A stretch of 64,000 nucleotides of DNA from Lytechinus pictus (Eukaryota): assembly GCF_037042905.1 (NCBI RefSeq), contig NC_087252.1, positions 18,726,001 through 18,790,000 of the forward strand. Direction: 5' to 3'. The translations under genes and the position numbers were made by a program. The stretch's first letter is position 1. Every line of letters starts with the position of its first letter. Under the pieces are notes generated by a model that was not told the DNA's origin, did no database searches, and saw only the letters and a list, made by a program, of their open reading frames with translations. Positions 1 through 12,024 of the stretch are shown here, one piece after another.

Positions 1-345
1 GAGAGAAAGGGGAAAGAATAAAAGCAGAAATAAAGACTTATTCAAGAAAAGAAAGAAAGGGATAAATTTTAAAAGGGAAAATAAAAAAGGAAGAACGATG
101 AAGAATAAATGAAACAAAGCGAAAGAAAAGTAAAGAAATTAAAAGATTCAAAAGAATAAAACAAAAAATATAAAAGAAGAATGAACTTAAAGAAAGGAAG
201 AAAGACAGACACATAGAAAGGAAGAAAGACAGACAGATAGAAAGGAAGAAAAAGAGAAAATAAATAAAGAAAGAAAGAAAGAAAAAAGGGATAGAAAAAA
301 AGAGACGGGAAAATAAAGGGTGAATGAAAGAAAGGGTGGGAGAAA
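1..345. repeat. Purine-rich (GA/AAAG) low-complexity tract
   Basis: Almost exclusively A/G, with a short duplication AAAGGAAGAAAGACAGAC at ~193 and ~217. Confidence 0.9.
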
Positions 346-463
346 TACTTGTGGGTACTTGTTACTACTAGTGGCCATCGATTTTAAGCAAGAAAGAACG
401 CGGACATCGAGAGATGTGATAACCCTCTAGCTATCTTAAATATTATCATAAATATCGTGAAAG

Positions 464-717
464 ATAAGAAAGAGAAAAGATAAGAACGTTTTCAGAATAC
501 CACTTATCTTCATTTTGTTCTTATCTTTTTAGCGCGCTTTTGTATTATATGCGCGAGTAATACATTTACGCGCTCAGCATAGGATGTTTAGCAAGATAAG
601 AAAAAGATAAGAACAAAAGATAAGAAAAAGATAAGAACGTTTTCAGAATACCAATTTGAGATCGTGACGTAGATAAGAACAAAATTAAGATAAGAACGTT
701 TTCAGAATACCGCCCCA
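464..717. repeat. MITE-like end with reiterated GATAAGAACGTTTTCAGAATAC motif
   Basis: Motif occurs three times (~480, ~630, ~689) with interspersed GATAAGAA units and ends in CCGCCCC. The partner end was not identified. Confidence 0.5.
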
Positions 718-1589
718 GGTGATTAATTAGCTGCGGGTATGAGCTGATTTTTCTCATCTTCTGCACTTTAACTGCAGATCCGATACGTTATTTCATGAAG
801 CTAAAAAATTGAATTATTCCATGGACCATTCAAAAAAATATTCTCTACAATTTCAAAATACTTAACTCTGCAGTGCTGCCAAGAATCACGAATATTAGCC
901 CGAGTTTGAATAAATGGTAGAGTGGTTTTGATTTTTTCTTCACATAGATACTAAGCATTCGGCCCATTTTTGGTGTTTTAAAAAGCACATTTGCTCTAAT
1001 AAAAATGCCGATAGTTTAAAAACAAGCACATGAACCCCTATTTTTTAATGTTTGTACCTCTTAGGTATACCTTCCTCTACAACTCTGCAAATTTTGGTGA
1101 AAATGACATGGATTTTGAATAAAGTGCAGCATTTATTGTACGTTTGTAGTTTGTTACTGAAATTTTACATTTTTTAGATTGGGATTTTGTTATCTTTTAC
1201 GCCATTTTTAAGAACTGACAGTGCTGTTAAACTTAAAATTGCAAACAAATAGCACTATTAATAGATTCTCCATTCTAACGATACAATTATTAACTCTCTT
1301 GCGAAATTTGATGACTTTTTCATGTATTTTGAATGATCAATGGAGGTTTAAACTCATTGTAGTAATCTTGGGCGGTCTAAAAATGCCAAATTCTTTTGAA
1401 TGCGCAATTCTTAAGAACATCAATTTGGGTGAACTTTGAAGCTCTATAGCAAAAAATCAAGCACATGGACCTATGTTAATTTTTGCATATTTCGAATATT
1501 AAGGTTCTAAAGTATCTATGTGCAAAGTTTGGTGAAAATGACATGGATTTCACTTTAACTGTGGAACGTCCTTAAATGACGTCCTAGCG

Positions 1590-2536
1590 CATTTATTGTC
1601 TCTCACCAATAGTCTGGTTTTTGCGCGACGCCACACATATTTTAACAGTGTATTTCTCTTCAAAACAGCCTTGAATGAATAAAGTGTAGAGCATAACTTA
1701 ATTTCAGGTGATAAATTGTTCCATAAATCTGCACCGTAATGTCTAATTGATTTGTGTGCTATTATTAGTTTTGGATTTGTGAGATGAAATTTGTCAGAGT
1801 TTCGTGTTGGATACGAGTGGATGGTGTTGTTGATTGTGAACATATTTTGAAAGGAAGGGGGAAGTATTCCCTTTTTGTATTTGAACATGAAGATAGCAGC
1901 TTGATATGTATTTATATCTAAATTTTTTAAAGTTCTTAATATAAAAAATAAAGGACTGGATCTAGCGAGATGTTGTGATCCTGTACAAATACGAACTGCT
2001 CTTTTTTGTAACAAGAAAATCGAATTAAGTTTTGTATTACCACAGTTACCCCAAACTATGTTGCAATATGATATGTGAGGGAGAACCAAGACATTATAAA
2101 AAAGAAAAATAGTAATGGGGGTAATAAGTATTTTAATTTGGAAATTATCCCAACACCTCTGGATACGGAAGTGGTGATATGGCGTAAATGGTTATTCCAC
2201 GATAAATTTTCATCAATAGTTACTCCTAAAAACTTTGAATGTTGTTTTTGTTGTAAGGTTATGCTGTCAATGTTTATCGTTATTTCTTCGTTAACTGCAT
2301 GGATATTATAATGTTTAAAGTGCATAAAATATGTTTTGTTTATGTTTAAAGACAATCTGTTGCATTTGAACCAAGTAGACACTTTACATAATTCATCATT
2401 TAAAGTAGATACTACAATTTCAAGTTTTGGGTGAGAATAAAAAAATATTGGTATCATCTGCAAATAGGATAAAAGATAATAAGGGGAAGTTTTCGATATA
2501 TCATTGACGTATAGTAGGAAAAGGAGCGGTCCCAAA
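1590..2536 (-). mobile_element. 5'-truncated, frameshifted non-LTR retrotransposon (CR1/L2-group) ORF2 fragment
   Basis: RT motifs GPLLFLLYVND, WFKCNRLSLN, KFLGVTID and post-RT YCNIVWG..LQKRAVR, split over ORFs 2056-2535 and 1550-2089. Confidence 0.9.
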
Positions 2537-2704
2537 ACTTGTACATTTATTATACAATTTCTGTTACAGTTAACCTCTGGTACAATCTTATATCAGCTAT
2601 AACTTTGTTCTCCGAAATCATAGAATGATATACATGTATCAAATTAAAGATTTATCCAGTTCAAGCTAGTGGTAACCAAATTAACCAGCTACACATCTCC
2701 TGGA

Positions 2705-4985
2705 AATAATACTAATAATAGTAATAGTGTATATTTGTAGAGCGCGCACACCGTCAGTAGACGCTCATGGCGCTAGCCGAGCAACAGTTCTCTTTTACAA
2801 TGGAACATGAGATTTTATAGAAATTTATATAAATACTACACAAGAACCATTAACAAGTACAATGTAAGAATAATAATTTCACATCTGCTTCATTCACCCC
2901 AACCCATCCATCAGCCCATCACCATGCGGAACCCAGTGCCCTCTAGCTGCCCCGTTGACTGACAATTTAAGGGGTAAACCCAGTCAGTACATAACTCACA
3001 GGAGCTCTAGCAATCTGAGGACACCGGGTCCCACATGAACAGCTAGTGAACGGGAAGGGATGAATCATCTTTCTCATAATCATAAATGGAATACAACAAA
3101 ATACATTTAAAATCAGCTGCAATTAAAATAGAAATGTCTTAAGGTGATCTTTGAAAGTAGTATATGTCTTGATGGAGCGAAGTGAGAGAGGAAGCATATT
3201 CCATAACCTGGCTGCTGCATTCGAGAAAGCATGGTCTCCCCAGGAATGATAGGTACGGGGAGTTTGAAGCAGCTTACAATCTGTAGATCGTAAAGTGCGG
3301 GTAGGATTGTATGGCCTAAGGGAATCCTGGATATATTGCGGTGACAATCCATTGAGGGCTCGATATACAAATAATAAAAGTTTAAACTGAACTCGTTTGT
3401 GGACAGGAAGCCAATGTAGAGAATGTAAAACTGGTGTGATTGGGGCCATTCTTGGTGTAAAGGTTAGGAGTCTGGCACTTAAGTTTTGAAGAGATTGCAG
3501 TCTATTAAGTTGTTGTTTTGTGAGTCCATAGAAAAGAGAATTACAAAAATCGAGGCGAGATGTGATTAAAGCATGAATTAATTGTTCACATGCTTGTTTG
3601 TTTAGAATTTTCGAATAAACCCTAGGTTCTGCAATTGATATATAACATACTTTGATGTGCTAGATACATGTTCAACAAAAGACATATTGGTATCAAATAC
3701 TACACCTAGGTTACGTACCTTATAAACTGGCCTTATAACTTTATCGTCAATATGTACAAGCAAGCGATCATGGTTAATTTTCACAATAGACTTTTTCGAA
3801 CCGAAAACAATGAATTCACTTTTATTTTCATTAAGTTTAAGACTATTTGAATCCATCCAGCACTTCATGTCATGGATGCAGGCATCTAAGACTCTTAAAG
3901 CACTGGCAATCGCATCAGGGGAAGGATGTACAGAAATGAATAGCTGAATGTCATCAGCATAGCAATGATACTTAATATTATGTTTTTTAATAATTGTACT
4001 GATAGGCTGAAGGTAAACAGAGAACATGAATGGGCCACCTACAGACCCTAGTGACACACCATACGAAAGAAGAGTTCTATCTGATTGGGAATCATTGACA
4101 GACACATATTGGGTTCTTTGATCGATGTATGAAGAAAACCACTTTAGTGCCATGCCTGTTACTCCAAGAGAGTGTTTTTTTTTTTATAAGTATAGAGTGA
4201 TCAGTGGTGTCAAATGCACTCGACATATCAAGCAGCACGAAAAAAGTTATATTACATCTGTCCATTTCCGATAGGATGTTATCTACAAGATTAGTAAATA
4301 ATGTTTCTACACAATGGTTTTGGCGGTAGGCAGACTGGTAATTGTCTATTAAACTGTTTTCAAGAAGATATGTACGAAGACGTGAGAAGGCCACTCGTTC
4401 AGCGACCTTGGAAAGATAAGATAAGTTTGAAATGGGTCTATAATTTTGGAGACAGTTTGAATTTAACTTCTTAAGGTTAGGGCGCACTGCTGCAACCTTC
4501 ATACTATCAGGAACTATCCCTGAATTGAGTTTATAATAGATATAATCGAGGGTAAGATTGCAGGGAGACATTTTTTCAGAAGCATTGTTGGTATAGGATC
4601 AAGCTCACTGGATTTTGAAGGTGAATTTCATCAGGAGTAGTAGGAGAAAGTGTATCCCATGTTTTGTTAGTAATCAGTGGGATATCAAATTCTCCAACAC
4701 TAGTGAGACTTGATCGAACCTTCTGGACTTTTTCTACAAAGAATTTATTAAAACGTTTTGGAAGATCTGGAAAAGTAGGAAGAGGGTTTGTTTACCTCTT
4801 CTTAGCAGAGAATTGGCAACTCTAAAGAGCTGTCTCGTATTTGTGCATTTTTCAACCAGCATAGAGTTATAGGATGTTTTGGCAACACGAACACTCGCCT
4901 GTACTACCTGACGTTGTTTCTGATATTTATTATGGTCAGACTCTAGACCTGATTTTAGCCATTCCACAAACACCGTACAAAACAT
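2705..4985 (-). mobile_element. 5'-truncated L2-clade LINE (decayed ORF2, 3' UTR and (TAT)n-like tail)
   Basis: NYRPISNL, LLDMSSAFDT, YADDIQL and HWLPVHKRVQFKLL motifs in consecutive frameshifted ORFs. On the minus strand it ends GCGCGCTCTACAAATATAC followed by ACTATT/TATT repeats. Confidence 0.92.
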
Positions 4986-5854
4986 ACATAATATTCATGT
5001 TCAGCCTCTAAGTTAGATTAGCAATCTTTGTTGCATACGCTCCACGTGTGGATCATCTTTATTCTGTGTGACATGCAGTACCTTTGTCTGGCGCTTCCTA
5101 TTCTTCTGAACGTTTTTTTTTCTTGCTGCTAATTAATCTGTTTGTCTTATCCTTTCCATAGCAAAACAGCTGGGAGACGACCTTTTTAACCAATCATGGT
5201 CGAGTTCCTCCTAGTGTCTGACGATGATATTTTCTAGAATGTGTGTAACCTCTTGACCACATGTATTTCGTACACGTGCAGTTTACAAAACCATGCTAGT
5301 GTCTCAGGGGAAAGTTCCTGAAGTTGCTGAAACTTGCAGACGCTCCATTTGTCCTTGTGTTAGTATAGTAGGGTAACAATTTTTTTACATCCTGAGAACA
5401 ACAACCTATTGCCAGTCAATACTCTGCCATCACTGGAAATAATGTGCTGTTCTGTGTGCTGATCTTCTATAGACGAAGCAATGGAGGGCTTGATCTAGTG
5501 AGCGTTTCATCAACATTTTTGTCCGACAAGATCTGACAATTTTTCTCAACTTTGATTAACTGGGATGTAATATTATGAAGGTAACTGTCTGAAAAAACAT
5601 AATTATCCAAGTCCAGACACAACAAAGATACAAACACAGTTATATGCGGTATTTCGTGGTTTAATAATTAACCGAGTAGCATCGCCGTATTCATATTCTC
5701 AAATCATCAACAAAAGTCATATTATCATATGTTGTTTTACATAAAGAAATAGGTGTGGAGGCCTCCTGAGGTTACTAATGATTTTCAATACTGTATATAA
5801 AACTCAACCAATATAGGTGGGAATAAAAATAATCCAAATTCAGAAAATCACGAA

Positions 5855-6130
5855 CATAGCAATATTTCACAGCTTGCCAAGTTCAATATTTTAATGGTAA
5901 GATTTCTCAGCTTACCCGCAATCATGGCAAGATTTCACAGCTTGCCAAGTTCAATAATTAATGGTAAGATTTCTCAGCTTACCCAAAACCATGGCAATAT
6001 TTCACAGCTTGCCCTTCCTACTTAAATTTCCTGCCAAGATTTCCCAGCTTGCCACGTGGCCAAAGTAGGGGAAAATACATATAAATCCATCCACAGGCCT
6101 ATCTACGACAATATTTCTCAGCTGGCCGTA
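5855..6130. repeat. Array of ATTTC(A/T/C)CAGCTT(G/A)CC subterminal-type repeats
   Basis: About seven copies, partly in a ~68-bp higher-order unit, ending CAGCTGGCCGTA. Resembles one end of a DNA transposon. Confidence 0.65.
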
Positions 6131-6272
6131 GCCCACCAGGCCAATTAACGTGGGCGCTAATAATCATTATTCTTTTGCGAATCGTAATAAACCTCTCAGG
6201 AAGCCTCTCGTTATACATTTATTTTTATATACTGATAAAGTAGATTACTGTACAAATGAATTAACTGACTAA

Positions 6273-7117
6273 GGGTGTGTTTATGCTTCCATTGCGAGGA
6301 CAGAATCAGTGTTTTCAAACGTCGATTCAAAACGCCGATCGTAAACGTGGTTCTGTGAGTGCTGTTTATGCTTAACTTTTCAGAGGCGAAATCAAGATCT
6401 CCAGCTGGCTTCGCATCTTAATTTTCGTTGAGCAGGAAAGCGAGGTCAAATTTGGCGCGCCCTTTTTCGAAAGTTTTTTTTTTTCCGAGTGTTGTTATGG
6501 GGAAGGTACGTCGACTGTTATATAGACATCGAACAATTTCCGATATTTTTTCGTCATTGCATGGAGCTTCTTTGATATAGCCATATAATTTCCACCATGG
6601 TTAGGATAAAAGTATAAGAAAAAAATAAAGAATATTTAGTATACAAAATAATAAAAAATATCTATTTGTTTATGCTACTGGGGCATCTGGCGATGTCTCC
6701 TCATTATAACTCATGTTCCAGGTTTTTTTTTTTGGTGTAAATCCCTCAACATTCATCGTAATAATAGTAATAATACTACACATGCAAATGTCACAAGGGA
6801 GATGAGAGGTAATTCCATGGAGGTAACATGCGACCAAGGAGCAATGCGACTGTATTTGCCCGCGGATTTTCATCTCACCAGAAGCATGTACCAAATGACG
6901 TCATTTAAACACTTTTACGATCGTGGTTCTGTTTATACTTCCCCAGAAAGCCTGATTCTGGTCAAACGACGTTTACAAACGCACCTTTTTGTGAGTTTAC
7001 GATCGGCGTTTTGAAACAGCGTTTAAATGAAAGTAAGCATGGACGCAATTGTGTTTTGGACTAATCACGTTTGGAAACGCTGATTCTGGCCTGAAAAGTT
7101 GAAGCATAAACACGGCC
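6273..7117. mobile_element. Non-autonomous PIF/Harbinger-like element (MITE)
   Basis: TIR GGGTGTGTTTATGCTTC / GAAGCATAAACACGGCC with TAA on both flanks (6270-6272, 7118-7120). Further internal inverted matches (TCAAAACGCCGATCGTAAAC). Confidence 0.85.
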
Positions 7118-8769
7118 TAATACACCCTAGCAAAATTTAGCGCGCTCTGGCAAGGGCGAAACGTCGGACCCCCCAAAACACCCAAAGCCAAAAGTATATG
7201 AAACCAAAAGTACTAAAAAAGAGTGAAAAGGGGCGGACGGAAAATTCCCTTGCGGCCCGCCTTTTAAGGTGCGACAAAGCTGATAGCTCCAGAGCGCGAA
7301 TAACCAGCCAAAATTCTATATGGAATAGGAAAGAGACGCCTACCCTTCCAGCTAAATGGAGGTGTAGGGGAAGGAGGTGGGGAAATTTGTAGAAATTGGA
7401 AGTAATCAAACAAGCGATAGAAAATAATACGACCCACTACTCTGAACACCACGAAGAAAAGTGAGGAGGTAGGAGCGAAATCTCCCCGCCGGTAATTTCT
7501 CGTCAACAAAGTCGTAAAATTGGACCACCTGTCCGCGCCAAGATCGCCAGGCGGGGAGATTTCCAACTACGCCCTTGATGTCTAGACTCTGGATAACCGC
7601 TTGTTAACGAAATACTTTCGCTAAAAGATATTATCAGATCCGGGTCTGATTTAGTTGTTGCCTTGTGTTTTCCATACGGCGATGCCACTAGCTCCGCAGA
7701 GTTCATCAAAATTTGTTTGGTATCTAGCTCATCATTGTTAGGCGCTCCTCCAATGGTTTCAATGGTTGCAATGGACACTAGCTTCTGTGGAGTAGGGATA
7801 TGAGTAGTGCTCCATCCATCTTCTGATGATATCCATTGGTTGCTACCCAAGTGGAGAGATAGTCGAGGGATGCGGTCCTGCAGCTCTGTAAGGTCCCTGA
7901 AACCCATTTCATGCCACCATTAATTATGCTTCACCCGTTTAGGTTGCTGTACATTTTAGAGTTTATGATGCCTAAGTGCGTTGCAATGCATGGGTGTTGG
8001 TGTTCATGATTTTGGGGATGGCCATTGCCGTACGCAGATTTTTTTCATGGGGGGATACAAATTTAACAATTAAACTCGAAAGCAAGAGAGCATAGCGATC
8101 GAACTTTTGCGCTTTTGCATTTTCTAACGTAAATTGATGGATTGTATACACACTTCGTGTTAATTTTGTGAATATTTTTTTTTTTCAGTTAACAATTTTA
8201 TTTTTTTAAATTTCAGGGTGGGGGAAATTTCCCTCTGCCCCTTTCCCGCTGTGTACTGCTATGAGATAACTGACCAAATTTTTTTTCTCTGTAAGGAAGT
8301 TCTTTTTGTTAGTTTGAGTAGGGGGGTCAATTGCGTAATTAGTCTGAAATTTTTAAAGGGCAAGACATGACATAAAATGCAAATTTATATATTCTAATGT
8401 GGGAGAGCGAAGCAATAGGGAAAAAATATTTACCTTTTAATGCAAAAAATCTAGTTTTGTAATAAAGTTTGGCATTATATAGATATAATATGTGTGTAAG
8501 GCCTATATATATTGTTATAATACGTGTTTTAGAAAACTGTAATTTGTGCATGTTTTGTAAAGTTTTTGTGGAATGATTATTTCCTGAAGATTTTATTTGA
8601 TTTATTTCTTTACCATTTTCCTGAGTAAAATAGCTTAATATATAATTAATATATATCCGATTTCGGAAAGCAAAGTTGGTGTTTATCCAAGATTGTACCA
8701 GAGGTTAACTGTAACACAAATTGCATAATAAATTTACAAGTACGTTTAGTTCAATAACCTATGAGTCGA

Positions 8770-10044
8770 TGTTATGTTGAATATGGAGCCCACGGGGTGC
8801 TTTGCACGTTTAGTTCGCAGATTGATTTTTATTCGCTATCCGATAAATAAAGCTGGATGCGAACAAAATGATTTACATGATCGTTAGCATGACTATCTTT
8901 CCATTGGAAAACCCAGGATGGACTTTTAGTCATAGGCGACGACTGTGCTGAGATTTTTCTCGTGTGTTAGGTCTTATGCACTCGAGCTTAGTCTTTTGGT
9001 AGTCTAGATAGTATGGAGCAAAGGGTTCGGAGTCTGAAGCAGACGGCTTGTGGTCCGGAGCAGACAGGTCAGAGTCTGAGGCGGATAGTTGCTGGTCTGG
9101 AGCAGACGATAGTGAAAACTACAAGAAAAGCAGAACAAATTGGTATGGTGGTGAGAGCTTCACTGCAGAAGAACCCATACCTTTGGCCGAGTGATCTTCC
9201 GGGGGGGGGGGGGGAGGGGAGGTACTCGAAGTATAACACAATACCTACGTGCCGCCCCAAAGTTGAAAATCGGGGCTCTGAAACTAAATCTTGGTCTTAA
9301 AACTTGGGTCTCCGGAACGGCTCTTGGATCATCAATTGCTCAAAATGCAATGATCTGGAACTGACCACACAAAAACGGGGCTCTCCGGAACTCATTACAT
9401 CGTAGAAGTAATTGGTAGCGGTTACGTAAAAAAAAAAAAAAAAACGCGCGCGCGTCTTGCTAGCTTCATAGCGGGCTAGCGCCAGCTAGCTGCGGGTCCG
9501 GGGAGCTTCGGCGGCCCCGCGCTATGGCTCTGCGATGATCGAGCTAGCCGCTCCGATCGGCTGAGAAGTTCATGATTGGCGTGCATTGGAACGATTAAAT
9601 CACAAATTTGAGGGTCTCCGGAAGGGGGAAAATATGAATTTCTATGGCTTTCCGAATTGGTGATGCTCTGGAACGGAAATTTAGGCTGAAAATGGGAGTC
9701 TCACCCCGGCACATACGTATCACACATTTTGTACTAAGCCCCCCCCCCCTCCCCCGAGGTGATCTTAAACTACAGAAACCAGACGCATATTGTCGAGAGA
9801 GCTTTAACCACACAAGCCAGATGCATATGGTAGGGTGAACTGTTTGAGCTAACAACAAAGAGTCGTAGCCGTCTGATAGCTGGTGATTTTAATGGCAAGT
9901 TCGCGGCTTGTGTAAGAGTTAATTGCGGCAGTTGTCTCTGCCAAACGGATCCGCCTTTAAAGTATAGAAATCGACGTGGCAAAACCTGTCAACAGGAGGT
10001 ATCCTGACAAGAGCAAGCTGCTGGCAGAAGTCGGTTCCGTAACA
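8770..10044 (-). mobile_element. Probable solo LTR (~700 bp after removing the inserted MITE)
   Basis: Termini TGTTATG...CGTAACA, minus-strand AATAAA ~60 bp before the end, no PBS or internal region. TSD not evident. Confidence 0.5.
9199..9758. mobile_element. MITE with 8-bp TSD (hAT-like)
   Basis: GTGATCTT duplicated at 9191-9198 and 9759-9766; poly-G/poly-C containing inverted ends. Confidence 0.85.
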
Positions 10045-10188
10045 ATATATATACATATATATATATATATAATGAGATGAGGCCAACTCAAAAGATGACG
10101 CAGGACACCATTTTGAATTGGCCTCATGTCATTATGTTTCATACTCACACCTCAAGAGCGTTTGGTACAAGTAAACTTGTCATCACAT

Positions 10189-10240
<52 letters not shown>
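10045..10240. repeat. Two (TA)n microsatellites flanking a ~120-bp hairpin-bearing insert
   Basis: (TA)n at 10045-10071 and 10192-10240; hairpin at 10077-10127. Confidence 0.85.
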
Positions 10241-10241
<1 letters not shown>

Positions 10242-10336
10242 GGTCCCCATGAAAGCCCCACATCTGTATGCCAGCGGGGTAATCCTTAATACTACATATT
10301 TTGTACAAGTTAACGTTTTTCCTACAATCAGACTAG
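10240..10336 (+). CDS. Putative host receptor gene, 3' part of an extracellular (possibly Ig-like) exon; 5' boundary uncertain
   Basis: Open frame ...LYASGVILNTTYFVQVNVFPTIRL ending at a phase-1 donor CTAG|GTAATA, in frame with the next (TM) exon. Confidence 0.45.
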
Positions 10337-11115
10337 GTAATACGTACAGTACATACCAATACGTACCAATACGAACGCGAACGGCGAGTTGTTTTGTTAT
10401 GGACCTGAAAATGTGCAATTTTGATGACTTTTTGTCCTCTTTGAGAGTTATTACTATAAGTACAAGATAAAAAAAATGATTATGTCATCCTATATAAGAA
10501 TATTGAATTTTAATATTTGCGCTTCTTTGTATCTTTTATCTGTAACTACGAAAAATGTGCAATCGTTGTTGCTGCCCTTTCCACACAAACATGTGTTGTT
10601 CTCTCTTTTTGCTCAGTATAATTCATGCCCGCTTTACCGCTCACTTCTTCCTTCCTTCTTCCCTTTTCGTATTGTATAGTTGTATAATATTCGTGTTACA
10701 GGCGTATCCCGTCACAAGCTTTGCTTTCAGGGAACTACGCCATGTCTTCCTTTTTCATTTTTATGACTAATTGTTTGCATTACTCGTATTGAAATATGAT
10801 TTTTGGGGAAAATGGAAGAAAATGAATGAATAAATTTATTTGAATTGACTCTAATGTTACTATAATAAAAAATAAAAATGTAATTATTATTATTATTATT
10901 ATGAACATAGTTGTCATATGATTGGTCGTATCAAAATATGACATTCGACTTTAACTAAGGGGGGGGGGGTGTGATAACACAGGCCATCCACATCTGAATT
11001 ATTTGTACAACACACATTAGATGAAGAAGAAAAGTTATGTTGACACATCTAGAACTGCAATATTACGAAAAAAATTGTTTGCAATAGATGAATTAATTTA
11101 CGTTTTCTATTTTAG

Positions 11116-11187
11116 GGATAGGTATTCCAGTTTGCTCTGTATTACTGGTACTAGCGGCTATATTGGTACCCCGATTCCACAAGAAAG
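11116..11187 (+). CDS. Host receptor gene, transmembrane exon
   Basis: Acceptor TTTTCTATTTTAG, donor AG|GTAAGT, 72 bp, phase 1-1. Encodes GIGIPVCSVLLVLAAILVPRFHKK (hydrophobic helix plus basic stop-transfer residues). Confidence 0.8.
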
Positions 11188-11922
11188 GTAAGTTGTGTTT
11201 AAATAGTCAAATATTAGATTAGTTGTAATGATGCAGCAAGATGGGTTATACATTTGTTTTTGCATTCATGTATTTTTACCCACATTTTGAGAAGAATTCA
11301 AGAATTTCAATTGACCCATCCATTTGCATTGTAAATGGAAAACCCAAATCGACGCTAACTAAAATCTTTTACTGCTTCGATTACGTATTTCACAGGTGTC
11401 GAACTCTGCAAGTTTTTTTGTCTTGTTAGTTTCATATTCGTGGTTTATTACTTGATTCTAATGATTATCATATGCTATGTAATTATCTTTCAAACTGTGT
11501 TCTTCTAAACGCCCCTCGTCGCAAATAATATGATGATGCATCATATTTATTTAATCGCTGATGTGGTTTACGGTACACCATGTGAAGTGTTATAGAAACA
11601 GTGGATAGAAGAAGAGAAGAAATGGATAGGCGAGAAAGTGGAGATTTGAGAGTAGAGTATTCTTTCTTGAAAGTAGTCCTGAAAAGGACTGTAAACCAGA
11701 AAAGATGGATGAGTTGAGAACAGCTTGAGTAGTAGAGCTAGTGAGGAGATGCTGGCTTGAGTCGGCGAGTAGAGATGATGACTAGCAGATTTATTTAATA
11801 CTTGTACGTGTAGAATAGATTGCATATTTTATGTTACCTTATGATTTTTATTCATGTTTAATGCTTCGTATGTATATACATTTACATGTGTGTTATTATT
11901 GGATCACTCTTTATCTTCCTAG

Positions 11923-12024
11923 TGTCAAAAATTCAGAAAGAATTGCGAAATTTGTCGAAGTGGTCAAAATATACACCCGTAACCCAAGACGAAGTGATGA
12001 AGGGAGAGAGAGTTGAAGCAACAG
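11923..12024 (+). CDS. Host receptor gene, juxtamembrane cytoplasmic exon with ITIM-like SKYTPV
   Basis: Acceptor CTTTATCTTCCTAG, donor CAG|GTATGC, 102 bp, phase 1-1. Encodes VSKIQKELRNLSKWSKYTPVTQDEVMKGERVEAT. Confidence 0.75.

Larger units (their letters stand above)
2537..8741. mobile_element. ~6.2-kb segment bounded by ~80-bp imperfect inverted repeats (putative DNA transposon shell)
   Basis: 2537-2619 (ACTTGTACATTTATTATACAATTTCTGTTACAGTTAACCTCTGGTACAATCTT...TCCGAAATC) is the reverse complement of 8659-8741 with few mismatches. No TSD seen. Confidence 0.5.

Noticed and set aside
8930..9300. Short ORFs with SAPD-like repeats and a hydrophobic tail
   Set aside because: They fall within the probable solo LTR and MITE and derive from a ~21-bp internal repeat.
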